Assembly: GCA_017302795.1 (NCBI GenBank)
Contig: JAFLCB010000010.1
Coordinates: forward strand, 34,065 to 98,064
DNA length: 64,000 nucleotides
Direction: 5' to 3'
Origin: Deltaproteobacteria bacterium
GTDB taxonomy: Bacteria > Bdellovibrionota > Bdellovibrionia > Bdellovibrionales > JAMPXM01
The notes under the pieces are model-generated. The model was not told the DNA's origin. It ran no database searches and saw nothing but the letters and a program-made list of their open reading frames with translations. The translations under genes and the position numbers were made by a program. Below are positions 49,130-58,856 of the stretch, piece after piece. Numbering within the stretch: the first letter of the stretch is position 1; each line of letters starts with the position of its first letter.

Positions 49130-49686
49130 AAGCCCTGTGGCAAATACATCAGCGGGTTAACAGGCTGACGATTGTACCGAATTTCAAAATGCAAGTGCAC
49201 GCCGCTCGCTCTTCCTGTGCGGCCCATCTCACCAATTTTTTGACCGCGTGTCACTCGCTCACCCTCTTCAACGCTGAACTTGTTGAGGTGAGAGTAGAGT
49301 GTCGCCCAATTTTCGTCATGCTCGACCACAATGAGCTTTCCATATCCAGAAAATCCGCGACCCACGTAAATTACGACGCCAGGTGCGCTCGCCAAAATAG
49401 GAGTTCCTTTTTTGGCAGCCAAATCCAAACCATAGTGCCAGCGCTTTCCTAGAAGAAATCCGCGGCTCATACTTGCGTTGTCTACCGGCCAATCAAACTC
49501 AAGCCCTGACGTTGGCGCTGACTGACTGTACCTCTCACCACTCCATGAAAGGGTGGGGCCGACTGGTGCTGCGGCCGGTGAGGATTCTTCCAGGACCCCT
49601 TCCGGAGTCGATAGTTCGCCCGGTCCTTTAAACGAAGAACACGACAGCACCATAAAAACTGCAGGTAACAAACATGCGATGCGCAC
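49126..49686 (-). CDS. M23 family metallopeptidase lipoprotein
   Basis: Lipobox VLSCSS. HYGLDLAA, PGVVIYVG and HLHFEIR motifs. Confidence 0.85.
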   Translation of the reverse strand: MRIACLLPAVFMVLSCSSFKGPGELSTPEGVLEESSPAAAPVGPTLSWSGERYSQSAPTSGLEFDWPVDNASMSRGFLLGKRWHYGLDLAAKKGTPILASAPGVVIYVGRGFSGYGKLIVVEHDENWATLYSHLNKFSVEEGERVTRGQKIGEMGRTGRASGVHLHFEIRYNRQPVNPLMYLPQGF

Positions 49687-49699
49687 AGCTTTTTCGACC

Positions 49700-51016
49700 T
49701 TACGATTTCAAGCCGTAAACGGGGTATGCCTGACATAGCTCAGCGACTTGAGCTTTGATTTTCTCCAAGCGACCGGCGTCACCAGGAGATTCGAGGACCT
49801 CAGAAATCCAACCACCGATCAGTTTCATTTCTGACTCCTTCATTCCGCGAGTCGTCAATGCAGGTGTTCCTATTCGTACGCCGCTAGTAACGAACGGTGA
49901 GCGCTTTTCGTTAGGTACAGTATTTTTATTCACAGTGATTCCGGCGTGGTCCAATGCGATTTCCGCGTCCTTACCCGTCACCGAGCGATTTGATAGGTCA
50001 ACCAGCACTAGGTGGTTGTCGGTTCCACCTGTCACAAGATTCAATCCACTTGATAAAAGTGCATCAGCAAGGGCGGCGGAATTTACGACAACTTGTTTTG
50101 CATATTCCTTAAATTGCGGCTGAAGGGCTTCGTGAAATGCGACGGCTTTGGCTGCAATGACATGCTCAAGGGGTCCGCCTTGAAGACCGGGGAAAATTCT
50201 GGAATTCACTTTTTTCGCTGCTTCCTCTGCATTTTCGTTCGACGAGCCAGATAAAATAATTCCGCCTCTCGGGCCGCGCAGAGTTTTATGCGTGGTGGAT
50301 GTAATATAATGCGCGTACGGAGCTGGGGACGGGTGAACCCCGCCAGCAACTAGACCTGCAAAGTGAGCCATATCAACAAGCAATGTTGCGCCAACCTCAT
50401 CGGCGATTTCGCGAAACTTTGCGAAATCGAGCAGTCGTGGGTAGGCGGAATAGCCCGCTATCAGTATTCGTGGCTTTGATTCACGTGCTACGGCTCGAAT
50501 GGTGTCATAGTTGATTCGACCAGTCGCCGGATCAATCCCATAGCTAGCTGCTTTAAACAATATTCCGCTAAAATTGACGGGGCTGCCATGTGTAAGATGT
50601 CCACCATGCGAGAGATCCATTCCTAAGATGGTGTCGCCTGCTTTCGCAGCCGCCAAGAAAACCGCTTGATTCGCTTGGGAACCAGAGTGGGGTTGAACAT
50701 TGGCGAAAGGAACACCGAATAACTTTTTGAGGCGATCGATCGCGAGCTGTTCGATCTTGTCGACAAATTCACAGCCGCCGTAATAGCGTTTTCCTGGATA
50801 CCCTTCGGCATATTTGTTTGTCAGAATCGAACCCTGCGCTTCCATCACTGCTTGCGAAGCATAGTTTTCGCTAGCAATCATTTCTAACCCGGAGAACTGT
50901 CTTGCCGTTTCTAACTTTAAATAGGCATTGAGTTCAGGATCGACGCTGCTTAAAAACTTTGTCGAAGTCGGTGATGCGACATTTTTCGAACTGCTAATTT
51001 CTGTTGAGTACTGCAT
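49700..51016 (-). CDS. glyA: serine hydroxymethyltransferase
   Basis: [10 protein letters not shown] and [14 protein letters not shown] (PLP Lys). AAGGAG lies 6 nt before the ATG at 51016. The listed ORF starts at TTG 51031. Confidence 0.95.
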   Translation of the reverse strand: MQYSTEISSSKNVASPTSTKFLSSVDPELNAYLKLETARQFSGLEMIASENYASQAVMEAQGSILTNKYAEGYPGKRYYGGCEFVDKIEQLAIDRLKKLFGVPFANVQPHSGSQANQAVFLAAAKAGDTILGMDLSHGGHLTHGSPVNFSGILFKAASYGIDPATGRINYDTIRAVARESKPRILIAGYSAYPRLLDFAKFREIADEVGATLLVDMAHFAGLVAGGVHPSPAPYAHYITSTTHKTLRGPRGGIILSGSSNENAEEAAKKVNSRIFPGLQGGPLEHVIAAKAVAFHEALQPQFKEYAKQVVVNSAALADALLSSGLNLVTGGTDNHLVLVDLSNRSVTGKDAEIALDHAGITVNKNTVPNEKRSPFVTSGVRIGTPALTTRGMKESEMKLIGGWISEVLESPGDAGRLEKIKAQVAELCQAYPVYGLKS

Positions 51017-51027
51017 CTGGCTCTCCT

Positions 51028-51459
51028 TCAAAATTTTTCTAGTCGTGCAGAATGACGACCGCCTTCAAACACTGACCGAAGAAATGATATTAAAATGTTT
51101 CCTGCAAGCTGAGTATCAATCATACGTGAACCTAGGCATAGGACATTGGCATTATTGTGCTCTCGTGAAAGCTTCGCCGATTCCTCGTTCCACGCAAGCG
51201 CAGCGCGAATACCTTTGTTGCGATTTGCTGACATCGCCATCCCTTGCCCGGAACCGCAGATTAAAAGGCCTAAAGAGCTTTGATCCTTTAAAACGGCATT
51301 CACAACTTTAGTGGAAAAATCGGGATAGTCGACCCGTTCAGAATTTCCTGGCCCCAGATCTACAAATTCAAATCCGTGCTGGGCTGCAATTGCGCTTTGA
51401 AAAAGTGATTCTTTTAGATCGTAGCCTGCATGGTCGCTTGCAACGTAAAGTTTCTTCAA
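51028..51459 (-). CDS. rpiB: ribose-5-phosphate isomerase B
   Basis: (M)[15 protein letters not shown]..., [15 protein letters not shown]. The TTG at 51459 lies directly after the fabF stop. The listed ORF extension to 51711 lies inside fabF. Confidence 0.85.
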   Translation of the reverse strand: MKKLYVASDHAGYDLKESLFQSAIAAQHGFEFVDLGPGNSERVDYPDFSTKVVNAVLKDQSSLGLLICGSGQGMAMSANRNKGIRAALAWNEESAKLSREHNNANVLCLGSRMIDTQLAGNILISFLRSVFEGGRHSARLEKF

Positions 51460-51461
51460 GC

Positions 51462-52751
51462 CTACACCTTTGTGAAAACGAGGCATGAGTTCGTGCCGCC
51501 GAACCCAAAGCTGTTGTTCATCACGGCACTGAACTTTCCTTCTCGGGCGACGTGCGGAACATAGTCGAGGTCGCAGTCGTCGCTCGGATTGTCGAGATTG
51601 ATCGTAGGCGGTGCCGTGTTGGTGGCCATGGCCATCAACGAGAAGGCACTTTCGATCGCTCCAGCCGCTCCCAAAGAGTGTCCCATGACAGACTTCGTAC
51701 TGCTGACCCATACGGATTTGGCAGACGAGCCGAACACCGACTTAATCGCGCCGGTTTCTTGGCCATCTCCTGCGGGAGTACTGGTGCCGTGAGCATTAAC
51801 GTACTGGATGTCTGAGGCATTCAAATGCGCATCTTGAAGTGCGTAGGACATTGCCAAAGCTGCACCTGTTCCGCCTGGAGCAGGGTTAGTCATGTGATGC
51901 GCATCGGAGGACGAACCGTATCCGGCGACTTCACCAAAAATTCGTGCACCTCTTCGGCTTGCACGCTCGTAATCCTCCAAAATTAAAATCGCTGCTGCCT
52001 CACTAAGTACGAATCCGTCGCGATCCCGGTCAAACGGCCGGCTAGCCATCGTCGGTTGATCGTTTCGAGTGGAAAGAGCTTTCATCGCGCCAAAGCCACC
52101 AAGGCCCAAAGGACCTATTGCTGCTTCGGCACCTCCTGCGACCATAACGTCGGCGATCCCTCGGCGAATATAAAGCGCCGCTTCGCCGATCGAGTGTGCA
52201 CCTGACGAGCATGCAGATGTGACAGAATAGTTCACTCCGCGAAGTCCAAACTTGATGGTCAGTTGTCCGCTGGCCATGTTGGCGATGACCGATGGAATGA
52301 GAAACGGGGAAATGCGTCCAGGGCCGCGCTCTTTGACAACGGCACCGGCTTGTTCAAGTTCGTTGATCCCGCCGATCCCAACACCTACAAGCGCGCCGAC
52401 TCGAGCACGCAACTCATCATCAAATTGTGAAGGATCCAATCCAGCACTTTTAAAGGCCTCACTGGCCGCGGCAATCGCAAGGTGAATAAACCTCGCCATT
52501 TTCTTTTGTTCTTTTTTTTCGATATATGCCGACGGATCGAAGCCTTTTACTTCGCCAGCAAACCGTACGTCATAATTGGTGACATCAAAGTGCGTCACGG
52601 GCCCAATTCCGCTCTTCCCAGCGACGGCGTTGGCCCATGAAGTAGGGAGATCCAAGCCAAGCGGTGATACGCAACCAATTCCAGTTACCACCACGCGGCG
52701 CTCAGGTCTTGTGACGCGTTCAAATCGATTCGAAGTGGAAGCGAGTTTCAT
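51462..52751 (-). CDS. fabF: beta-ketoacyl-ACP synthase II
   Basis: 429 aa. SACSSGAHSIGEA (active Cys), NAHGTSTPAGD, GHSLGAAGAIE. Confidence 0.95.
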   Translation of the reverse strand: MKLASTSNRFERVTRPERRVVVTGIGCVSPLGLDLPTSWANAVAGKSGIGPVTHFDVTNYDVRFAGEVKGFDPSAYIEKKEQKKMARFIHLAIAAASEAFKSAGLDPSQFDDELRARVGALVGVGIGGINELEQAGAVVKERGPGRISPFLIPSVIANMASGQLTIKFGLRGVNYSVTSACSSGAHSIGEAALYIRRGIADVMVAGGAEAAIGPLGLGGFGAMKALSTRNDQPTMASRPFDRDRDGFVLSEAAAILILEDYERASRRGARIFGEVAGYGSSSDAHHMTNPAPGGTGAALAMSYALQDAHLNASDIQYVNAHGTSTPAGDGQETGAIKSVFGSSAKSVWVSSTKSVMGHSLGAAGAIESAFSLMAMATNTAPPTINLDNPSDDCDLDYVPHVAREGKFSAVMNNSFGFGGTNSCLVFTKV

Positions 52752-52848
52752 GCTTAGCCTACCTTTAACAATGCCATTGAAATAGTGGTCCTAGCTTACC
52801 GGAACATTTGGTTACGTATAGGGATAGGACTTCGCGGCGATAATACAT

Positions 52849-52878
52849 AAAAGCCCCCCTGTTCGACAGGAAGGCTTT
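52849..52878 (-). terminator. hairpin between acpP and fabF (attenuator or partial terminator)
   Basis: On the minus strand, AAAGCCTTCCTGT-cga-ACAGGGGGGCTTTT is followed by ATG-less U-rich sequence. acpP-fabF intergenic hairpins are common. Confidence 0.4.
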
Positions 52879-52906
52879 AGAAAAACCGTTCGATTTTTAC
52901 GAAAGT

Positions 52907-53149
52907 TTAGGCTTTGCCTTTTCCCTGAAGATAAGTGCAGAAATCGCCAACAGTTTTAAGTTTTTCAGCGTCTTCATCTGGGATCTCGATGCCAAATTCT
53001 TCTTCGACCGCCATAACGAGCTCGACAATGTCTAAGCTGTCTGCGCCAAGATCATCGATAAACGATGCTTCAACTTTTACGCGGTCTGGATCAACACCGA
53101 GCTGATCGGCAATTACTTCACGAACTTTGGGTTGTACTGTTGCTACCAT
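52907..53149 (-). CDS. acpP: acyl carrier protein
   Basis: 80 aa. [20 protein letters not shown] contains the phosphopantetheine Ser. Confidence 0.95.
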   Translation of the reverse strand: MVATVQPKVREVIADQLGVDPDRVKVEASFIDDLGADSLDIVELVMAVEEEFGIEIPDEDAEKLKTVGDFCTYLQGKGKA

Positions 53150-53253
53150 TGAGACACCTCCTGGGAGTCGATTTTCATTTTTTTAAACTTCAAATTTAGG
53201 TCGATGATACAGGCTCGCATGATTCCCCACCGAAGTTAGGAATCAAACAAGTC

Positions 53254-54036
53254 TTAGATATAAAGTCCACCATTAACACTCAAAGTATGGCCTGTTATAT
53301 AACGCGCCTCATCGCTAAGCAAGAACGCTGTCGCCGCTGCTATATCTTCGGTCGTTCCCATCGCTCCTAATGGAACGCCAGACAAAATTTTCGCCTTTTG
53401 TTCTTCTGACATCTTTTTAGTCATGTCGGTATCTATAAAACCGGGCGCTACACAGTTGAGGCGGATTCCGCGTGAGGCGACCTCTTTTGCCAGCGATTTT
53501 GACATAGCTTCAACGCCCGCTTTGGAGGCCGCATAGTTACTTTGACCTGGATTTCCCATTTCGCCGATCACCGAGGTAATGTTGACAATGGAACCCGGGA
53601 CTTTGGCTTTGAACATCATTTTAATCGCCGTTCGGGCACACAAAAACGAGCCACGAAGATTTGTCCCAATCACCGCATCAAACTCTTCGACTTTCATCCT
53701 CAATATGAGCTGATCTTTCTCGATGCCCGCGTTGTTAACGAGTCCGTGTAACGGGCCCGATTCCGCCACTTTGGCAAAAAATGAATCGACCGACGCCTCA
53801 TCCGCTACATTCAACGGCAGACACAAGTGGCCGGAACCTGCCAAAGATTTCACAACCGCCTGAGCAGCTGATTCATTGGAAGAGTAGGTGACTACGACTT
53901 GGGCGCCCTCTGTCGCAAGCCAGGAGGCAATCCCGGCACCAATTCCCCGGGAAGAACCCGTAACGACGATTCGCTTGCCAGCCAACCGCTTTGCCGAAGG
54001 TACCAACCGAGGACTTTCCACTGATTGAACTGACAT
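53254..54036 (-). CDS. fabG: 3-oxoacyl-ACP reductase
   Basis: SDR motifs TGSSRGIGAGIA and NYAASKAG. GGAG lies 6 nt before the ATG at 54036. Confidence 0.9.
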   Translation of the reverse strand: MSVQSVESPRLVPSAKRLAGKRIVVTGSSRGIGAGIASWLATEGAQVVVTYSSNESAAQAVVKSLAGSGHLCLPLNVADEASVDSFFAKVAESGPLHGLVNNAGIEKDQLILRMKVEEFDAVIGTNLRGSFLCARTAIKMMFKAKVPGSIVNITSVIGEMGNPGQSNYAASKAGVEAMSKSLAKEVASRGIRLNCVAPGFIDTDMTKKMSEEQKAKILSGVPLGAMGTTEDIAAATAFLLSDEARYITGHTLSVNGGLYI

Positions 54037-54046
54037 CGAATTCTCC

Positions 54047-55033
54047 TTAAGTAAGTGCGGTCTCGAGGGCCTTAATATCTGCAATTGAATTCAATCCGAA
54101 CACCTGTGCTCGATCGCCAGCAATTTTTTTCGCCAAGCCCTGCAGCACCTTGCCAGTCCCGCACTCAACGAACTTAGTAATCCCTCGATGAAGCATCTCT
54201 TCCTGGCATTGAGTCCAGAGTACTGCACCAGAAATTTGACCAATTAATCTCTCGCGGATGACGTTTGCATCTTTCGACGACTGTGCATTCAAGTTTTGAA
54301 TGACATCAAACTTTGGACTAGAAAAAGAAATTCCTTCAAGCACTGTGCGCATCGCGTTTTCTGCCGGCTTCATTAGCTGACAATGAAAAGGGGCTGATAC
54401 TGAAAGAGGAATAAACTTTGGTTTGCCGGAATCAGGACCAAGCTTTTCAGCCAGCCATTCCGCTTTGGCGTTGGCCCGCATCCATTCAACTGCCTTCGCT
54501 GAACCACTGACCACGACCTGCCCAGGGCAATTGAAATTCGCCGGCTCGAGGGGTGTCTGGTCCGATGCAGATTCGACCTCTTTACAAAGCTTGCGAGCCA
54601 TTTCATCTGTCATGCCGAGAACAGCGCACATGGCACCCTCGCCAACGGGAACAGCTTTTTGCATTTCTCGGCCGCGCTCGCGAACGGCCGCGATCGCCTC
54701 TGGAAAAGCAAGAACACCTGCGTGCACAAGAGCCGCGTATTCACCAACGGAGTGCCCGCACGATGCGGTAATTTTTAAATCAATAAGCTCGTGAACTACT
54801 TTTTGTGTCACTGTTGATACCAAAAGCAAAGCCGGCTGAGTGTTCTCGGTCATCTGAAGGTCCGACTCGGGACCTTCGAAGCAGAGCTTTTTCATATCAG
54901 TTTTTAAGCGTTCGCTGGCTTCCTCAAACAAAAGACGAGCTGTTTGGAATTCTTCGAAAAGAAACTTTCCCATACCGATCGTTTGACTGCCTTGCCCGGG
55001 GAATAGTGCTCCCCACGCGTTCGATTGACTCAT
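54047..55033 (-). CDS. fabD: malonyl CoA-ACP transacylase
   Basis: 328 aa. FPGQGSQ and GHSVGEYAAL (active Ser). Confidence 0.92.
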   Translation of the reverse strand: MSQSNAWGALFPGQGSQTIGMGKFLFEEFQTARLLFEEASERLKTDMKKLCFEGPESDLQMTENTQPALLLVSTVTQKVVHELIDLKITASCGHSVGEYAALVHAGVLAFPEAIAAVRERGREMQKAVPVGEGAMCAVLGMTDEMARKLCKEVESASDQTPLEPANFNCPGQVVVSGSAKAVEWMRANAKAEWLAEKLGPDSGKPKFIPLSVSAPFHCQLMKPAENAMRTVLEGISFSSPKFDVIQNLNAQSSKDANVIRERLIGQISGAVLWTQCQEEMLHRGITKFVECGTGKVLQGLAKKIAGDRAQVFGLNSIADIKALETALT

Positions 55034-55050
55034 TTCTATGACTCCAAAAT

Positions 55051-56130
55051 TTAGAATTTTAAGAGCAAGCTTCCAGATGTAAGGCCCGATCCAAAGGCCG
55101 TCAAAAGGACGTTATCTCCACGTTTAATTCGACCGTCGCGGATAGCTTCATCAAACGCGATTGGAACTGTTGCGGCGCTTGTGTTTCCTGTTTCATCAAC
55201 ATTGATGACGACTTTTTCCGCCGGGATCCCAAAATGTTTACCGACCGCATCGATGATCCGAAGATTGGCTTGGTGCGGGATCAACCATTGAATTTGATCC
55301 ATTACGAGCCCGTTTGCGTCGAGCGCCTCTTGGCAAACATCTGACATCGTTCGCACTGCGTGTTTAAAAATCTCGCGCCCTTTCATCGACAGGAAATTGA
55401 ATCCGCTTTCGATAGCTTCAACGCTCATTGGAATAGCCGAACCTCCAGCTTTCAGCATGAAGAGCTCCCCAAGGCTTCCATCGGCTCGCATGTGCACACT
55501 GTACACTTTAGAATCCGATTTCGGCTCTGCTCGACTTGCGATAACCGCACCGGCACCGTCACCAAACAGAATGCAAGTTTCACGATCTTTGTAGTTTACA
55601 AAGGGATGAAGAACTTCTGCACCGACGACTAGTACGTGCTTGTAAAGTCCGGTGCGAATAAATTGATCGGCGATTCCTAAGCCGTAGACAAACCCCGAGC
55701 AGGCAGCGTTCAAATCAAAGCTCATTACATTGCGCGCACCGAGCTTGTGCTGCAAAACACAAGCTGTCGAAGGTGTCGGCTGATCGCCGCTCACAGTGCA
55801 GAAAATGATCATATCAATATCTTGAGCGCTAAGACCGGCAGCCTCAAGGGCCCGTTGAGAAGCAATCAACCCGATGTCACTTGTAAATTGCCCTTCAGCG
55901 GCGATGTGACGGCGTTTAATTCCTGTGCGCTCAACAATCCATGCATCGTTAGTTTCAACCATTTTCTCGAGGTCGGTATTGCTCAAAACCTTTTCTGGAA
56001 GATAAGAGCCGGTACCACTGATGCGCGTGTAGTAGGGCGTCTCAGCAGGCCTCCCGACAGCATGCCGGATTTTTCCTGCTGAAACATTCGTCGGGACCGA
56101 GGCTTTGGGATCAGAAGCAATGGTTGACAT
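55051..56130 (-). CDS. fabH: beta-ketoacyl-ACP synthase III, with about 35-aa N-terminal extension
   Basis: AACSGFVYGL (Cys), PHQANLRII (His), GNTSAATVP (Asn). The ATG at 56130 is preceded by AAAGGA. The listed ORF starts at GTG 56187. Confidence 0.9.
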   Translation of the reverse strand: MSTIASDPKASVPTNVSAGKIRHAVGRPAETPYYTRISGTGSYLPEKVLSNTDLEKMVETNDAWIVERTGIKRRHIAAEGQFTSDIGLIASQRALEAAGLSAQDIDMIIFCTVSGDQPTPSTACVLQHKLGARNVMSFDLNAACSGFVYGLGIADQFIRTGLYKHVLVVGAEVLHPFVNYKDRETCILFGDGAGAVIASRAEPKSDSKVYSVHMRADGSLGELFMLKAGGSAIPMSVEAIESGFNFLSMKGREIFKHAVRTMSDVCQEALDANGLVMDQIQWLIPHQANLRIIDAVGKHFGIPAEKVVINVDETGNTSAATVPIAFDEAIRDGRIKRGDNVLLTAFGSGLTSGSLLLKF

Positions 56131-56186
56131 AAATCGCCGTCCTTTGGTGTAAGCCCGCAATATAAAGCGACTCTCGCTGCAATTCA

Positions 56187-56282
56187 CATCGCTCCGTGGC
56201 GATGTGGATGATCAGTCATCGCTCCGTGGCGATGTGGATGATCAGTCATCGCTCCGTGGCGATGTGGATGATCAGTCATCGC
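56187..56282. repeat. perfect 30-bp tandem repeat, 3.2 copies
   Basis: CATCGCTCCGTGGCGATGTGGATGATCAGT occurs at 56187-56216, 56217-56246 and 56247-56276, with CATCGC again at 56277-56282. Each unit contains the inverted repeat CATCGC/GCGATG. Confidence 0.98.
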
Positions 56283-56311
56283 CAAACATTACGACACGCA
56301 GTCGACGCAGA

Positions 56312-56344
56312 AAAACCTCCCGGCTAATCTAGCGAGGAGGTTTT
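56312..56344 (-). terminator. rho-independent terminator downstream of rpmF
   Basis: AAAACCTCC pairs with GGAGGTTTT around a 14-nt loop. On the minus strand the stem is followed by TTTTTC. Confidence 0.75.
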
Positions 56345-56389
56345 CAAATTTCTCTAAGTCGCGGCTAGGTAAATTGAAAGGTTCAATAC

Positions 56390-56569
56390 CTAGTTTTTTG
56401 CGACCACAACTTCTTCACCTTTGTAGTAGCCGCATGAGCTACAAACAGTGTGAGGAAGTTTTAGCGAACCGCAGTTAGCACACTTATTAGTCGTCTTTGG
56501 GACTGCGAAATCGTGCGAGCGACGCATGTCGCGCTTCGAGCGAGTAGTCCGTTTCTTGGGCGTTGGCAT
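56390..56569 (-). CDS. rpmF: 50S ribosomal protein L32
   Basis: MPTPKKRTTRSKRDMRRSH...CANCGSLKLPHTVCSSCGYY. The listed ORF is extended upstream to 56647. Confidence 0.9.
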   Translation of the reverse strand: MPTPKKRTTRSKRDMRRSHDFAVPKTTNKCANCGSLKLPHTVCSSCGYYKGEEVVVAKN

Positions 56570-56863
56570 AGTGACTCCGTAAATAGAAACAAGGGGCCTT
56601 ACAAACAAGGGGCCTAAAATACCTGATGAAACCATAAAATCAAGCATTTAGACCGGTCCAAGCGGGAATAGCTCCAACCTATGTCCAAACTTGAGGCATG
56701 TGCTCATCATTTTTTGGACAGGTGGCAGTCTCCCGTCAGACGATTTACGTCAGATCGAACCATTTCGATTTGGGACGGCGCGAATCTTTCAATAGGTGTT
56801 CATTAGGTGAATCCGTGAAGAATGACGGGTCCGCTCGACTATAAAATTTTAAGGAGCCTTTAA

Positions 56864-57358
56864 ATGATCTCAACAAACCGACATGTGTTTGCAGCTACCG
56901 CGACAATGCTTTTAGGCCTCGCGCTGGTAGTACCGATGAGTTCGTTTAGTGCCGCTTATCCCGCCGCCTATCCCACTGAGGAAAAGGCAGCGCGAGGCCC
57001 TGCAGGGGCAGAGATGGATCCAGTCACTAAAGCCCTCTACCAGGCATTGGACGAAAGAGCACGAAGCCAAAGCGATTTCGAACGCAATGAAGCGGCTGGG
57101 CGCCCAAAGGAGAACGGAACCAAGAAGCAGCTTCGGATCGAGCTGGGAGATGAACTTGGCGGCGGAGTATATTCGAATGATCGACGTGAGCGTTTCGCAG
57201 TTCGACAGCAAGAACGGGATAAGGAGTCCGAAATTCCGACCATCGAATCGAAATTAGATGCAGAATCTCGAGAAGTTCGTTCGCAAATTCGCAACGAAAG
57301 AAGCGAGAACCGGCGCCGGGCCAAATCGTCACGCCGTGGACACTGGATCGACGAATAA
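56864..57358 (+). CDS. hypothetical secreted, highly charged protein
   Basis: AAGGAG RBS. 164 aa with a signal peptide and an Arg/Glu-rich C-terminal half. Confidence 0.55.
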   Translation: MISTNRHVFAATATMLLGLALVVPMSSFSAAYPAAYPTEEKAARGPAGAEMDPVTKALYQALDERARSQSDFERNEAAGRPKENGTKKQLRIELGDELGGGVYSNDRRERFAVRQQERDKESEIPTIESKLDAESREVRSQIRNERSENRRRAKSSRRGHWIDE

Positions 57359-57360
57359 AG

Positions 57361-58317
57361 TTATTTTATCGCGCGAATCTGATTGGCCACTAATCCAGTG
57401 GCTGCTTTGTTTCCTGACCAAGCTCCATAGCTAGCAACAGTCACCAGCGCCGAAACACTGAGGTTTTGTTTTTTTGCGGTCGCAAAATGAGCGGATTTTT
57501 CAGCCCACTTGTATCCGTTTGCAATCGGGGAGCGAAGCTTCAAAGCGAAAAGCGAATCTCTAAGAGCTAAACCTTGAAGCGACTCAAGAGTGTCTAGTTG
57601 CGCTTGAAATGCTGCTTTCGACTGCGGCGGAAATCCCGACGGAAAAAAGCCCGTTCCTTCTTGGCGATTCAAGGCCTCGTTGAGCCATACATCTGCCGTT
57701 TTACCCAACCCCGGATTAACTAGCAACTGGCCAATCCAATAGGCCGCAGCCGCGGCCTGCACTCGCTGGTGGGTGACCCACGATTTCATTTCTTCGCCGT
57801 TCCATCGACGCTCTCCGAGGAGGGACCGCGAACTTCGGAGGGACGCTTCGAGGCGGGGACTGAGGCGAGCGAGGCGGGCGGCCCGGTCTTCAAATTTTGC
57901 ACTTCTCAACATCAAAACTGAACGAGCGTAAAGCCCAAGAAAATGGGAAATTTCGACTGTTTTTGAATCTCCGAAAGAACCATCATCGCCCATTCTTGCG
58001 AACGCCCATTCGAAGGCCATAATTCCGCGATCGATGATGAAACCATTTCCCAGCGCGACTCCTGCTCGGATCCAGTTCCATCCTTCAAGCTGGTGACTGA
58101 CTAAGACGCGATCTGGAAATCGCCGATTCAAACCGAGCGCGCCGTCGCCAGCAGGGCGCGCCAATGGATTGATTTTTTTTGCGATCTGCTGCAGCTGAAC
58201 GTTGGCTCGCCAAAGCTTGATTTCATCTGTTTTCAAGCTCGCGGCCATGGAATCGTCGGGAGCTGAAGCGCAATTGAATGCAAAAACTAAAATCAAACAT
58301 CCGACCAGAGATTTCAT
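57361..58317 (-). CDS. hypothetical lipoprotein or secreted helical protein
   Basis: 318 aa. N-terminus LILVFAFNCAS (lipobox-like). ATGA overlap with the upstream recombinase gene. No family recognised. Confidence 0.6.
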   Translation of the reverse strand: MKSLVGCLILVFAFNCASAPDDSMAASLKTDEIKLWRANVQLQQIAKKINPLARPAGDGALGLNRRFPDRVLVSHQLEGWNWIRAGVALGNGFIIDRGIMAFEWAFARMGDDGSFGDSKTVEISHFLGLYARSVLMLRSAKFEDRAARLARLSPRLEASLRSSRSLLGERRWNGEEMKSWVTHQRVQAAAAAYWIGQLLVNPGLGKTADVWLNEALNRQEGTGFFPSGFPPQSKAAFQAQLDTLESLQGLALRDSLFALKLRSPIANGYKWAEKSAHFATAKKQNLSVSALVTVASYGAWSGNKAATGLVANQIRAIK

Positions 58318-58856
58318 AGAATCAACTTTCGTAGTTCTTGCTGCGAATAAACATAGTCGGCATAAATCATCGTATTTGTGATGTTGCGATGTCCGAGCGC
58401 GACCTGCACTAAGCGAAGATCTTTGGTCTTACGGTACAATCGAATAGCGAAAGTGTGGCGAAGTGCGTGAAACTTCTTTCCCGTTGGTCGGTACCAAACC
58501 CAAACTTGGCGAAGGCGATGATACCCAATCGGAAATAAATCTCCAGATGCCCCGGATACATGTCGATCCGAATACTCTCTTAGTCTTTCGAAAAGCCATG
58601 GAGCCAACGGGAGTTCTCGATCATTGGAACCTTTTATTCCGCGAATGAAAAGTGTTTTGTCGTAGGGATTTATATCCACTTTTCTTAAACCCAAGAGCTC
58701 GGTCGCGCGCGCACCAGTTTTTAACGCCAACCAAATCAATAAGACGTCGCGACTTTCCTCAGCAGGCCCTCTGCCCAGTAGAGCTTCGAGGCGCTCTACT
58801 TCGGGATCCAGAAGGTATTTGTTCTTATTTAGAGCATATCGTGTCGACGTTGCCAT
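58314..58856 (-). CDS. small tyrosine recombinase, catalytic domain only (FimB/FimE-like size)
   Basis: 180 aa. TGARATELLGL (Arg I), HALRHTFA (H-x-x-R) and LGHRNITNTMIYADY (His/Tyr nucleophile). No N-terminal core-binding domain. Confidence 0.8.
   Translation of the reverse strand: MATSTRYALNKNKYLLDPEVERLEALLGRGPAEESRDVLLIWLALKTGARATELLGLRKVDINPYDKTLFIRGIKGSNDRELPLAPWLFERLREYSDRHVSGASGDLFPIGYHRLRQVWVWYRPTGKKFHALRHTFAIRLYRKTKDLRLVQVALGHRNITNTMIYADYVYSQQELRKLIL

Noticed and set aside
51460-51711. Upstream extension of the rpiB ORF to 227 aa
   Set aside because: The extension overlaps the 3' end of fabF in another frame. The RpiB homology starts at (M)[11 protein letters not shown], with a TTG directly after the fabF stop.
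56187-56282. The 30-bp direct repeats as a CRISPR array
   Set aside because: The units are directly abutting with no spacers, there are only three copies, and no cas genes are nearby. This is a simple tandem repeat.
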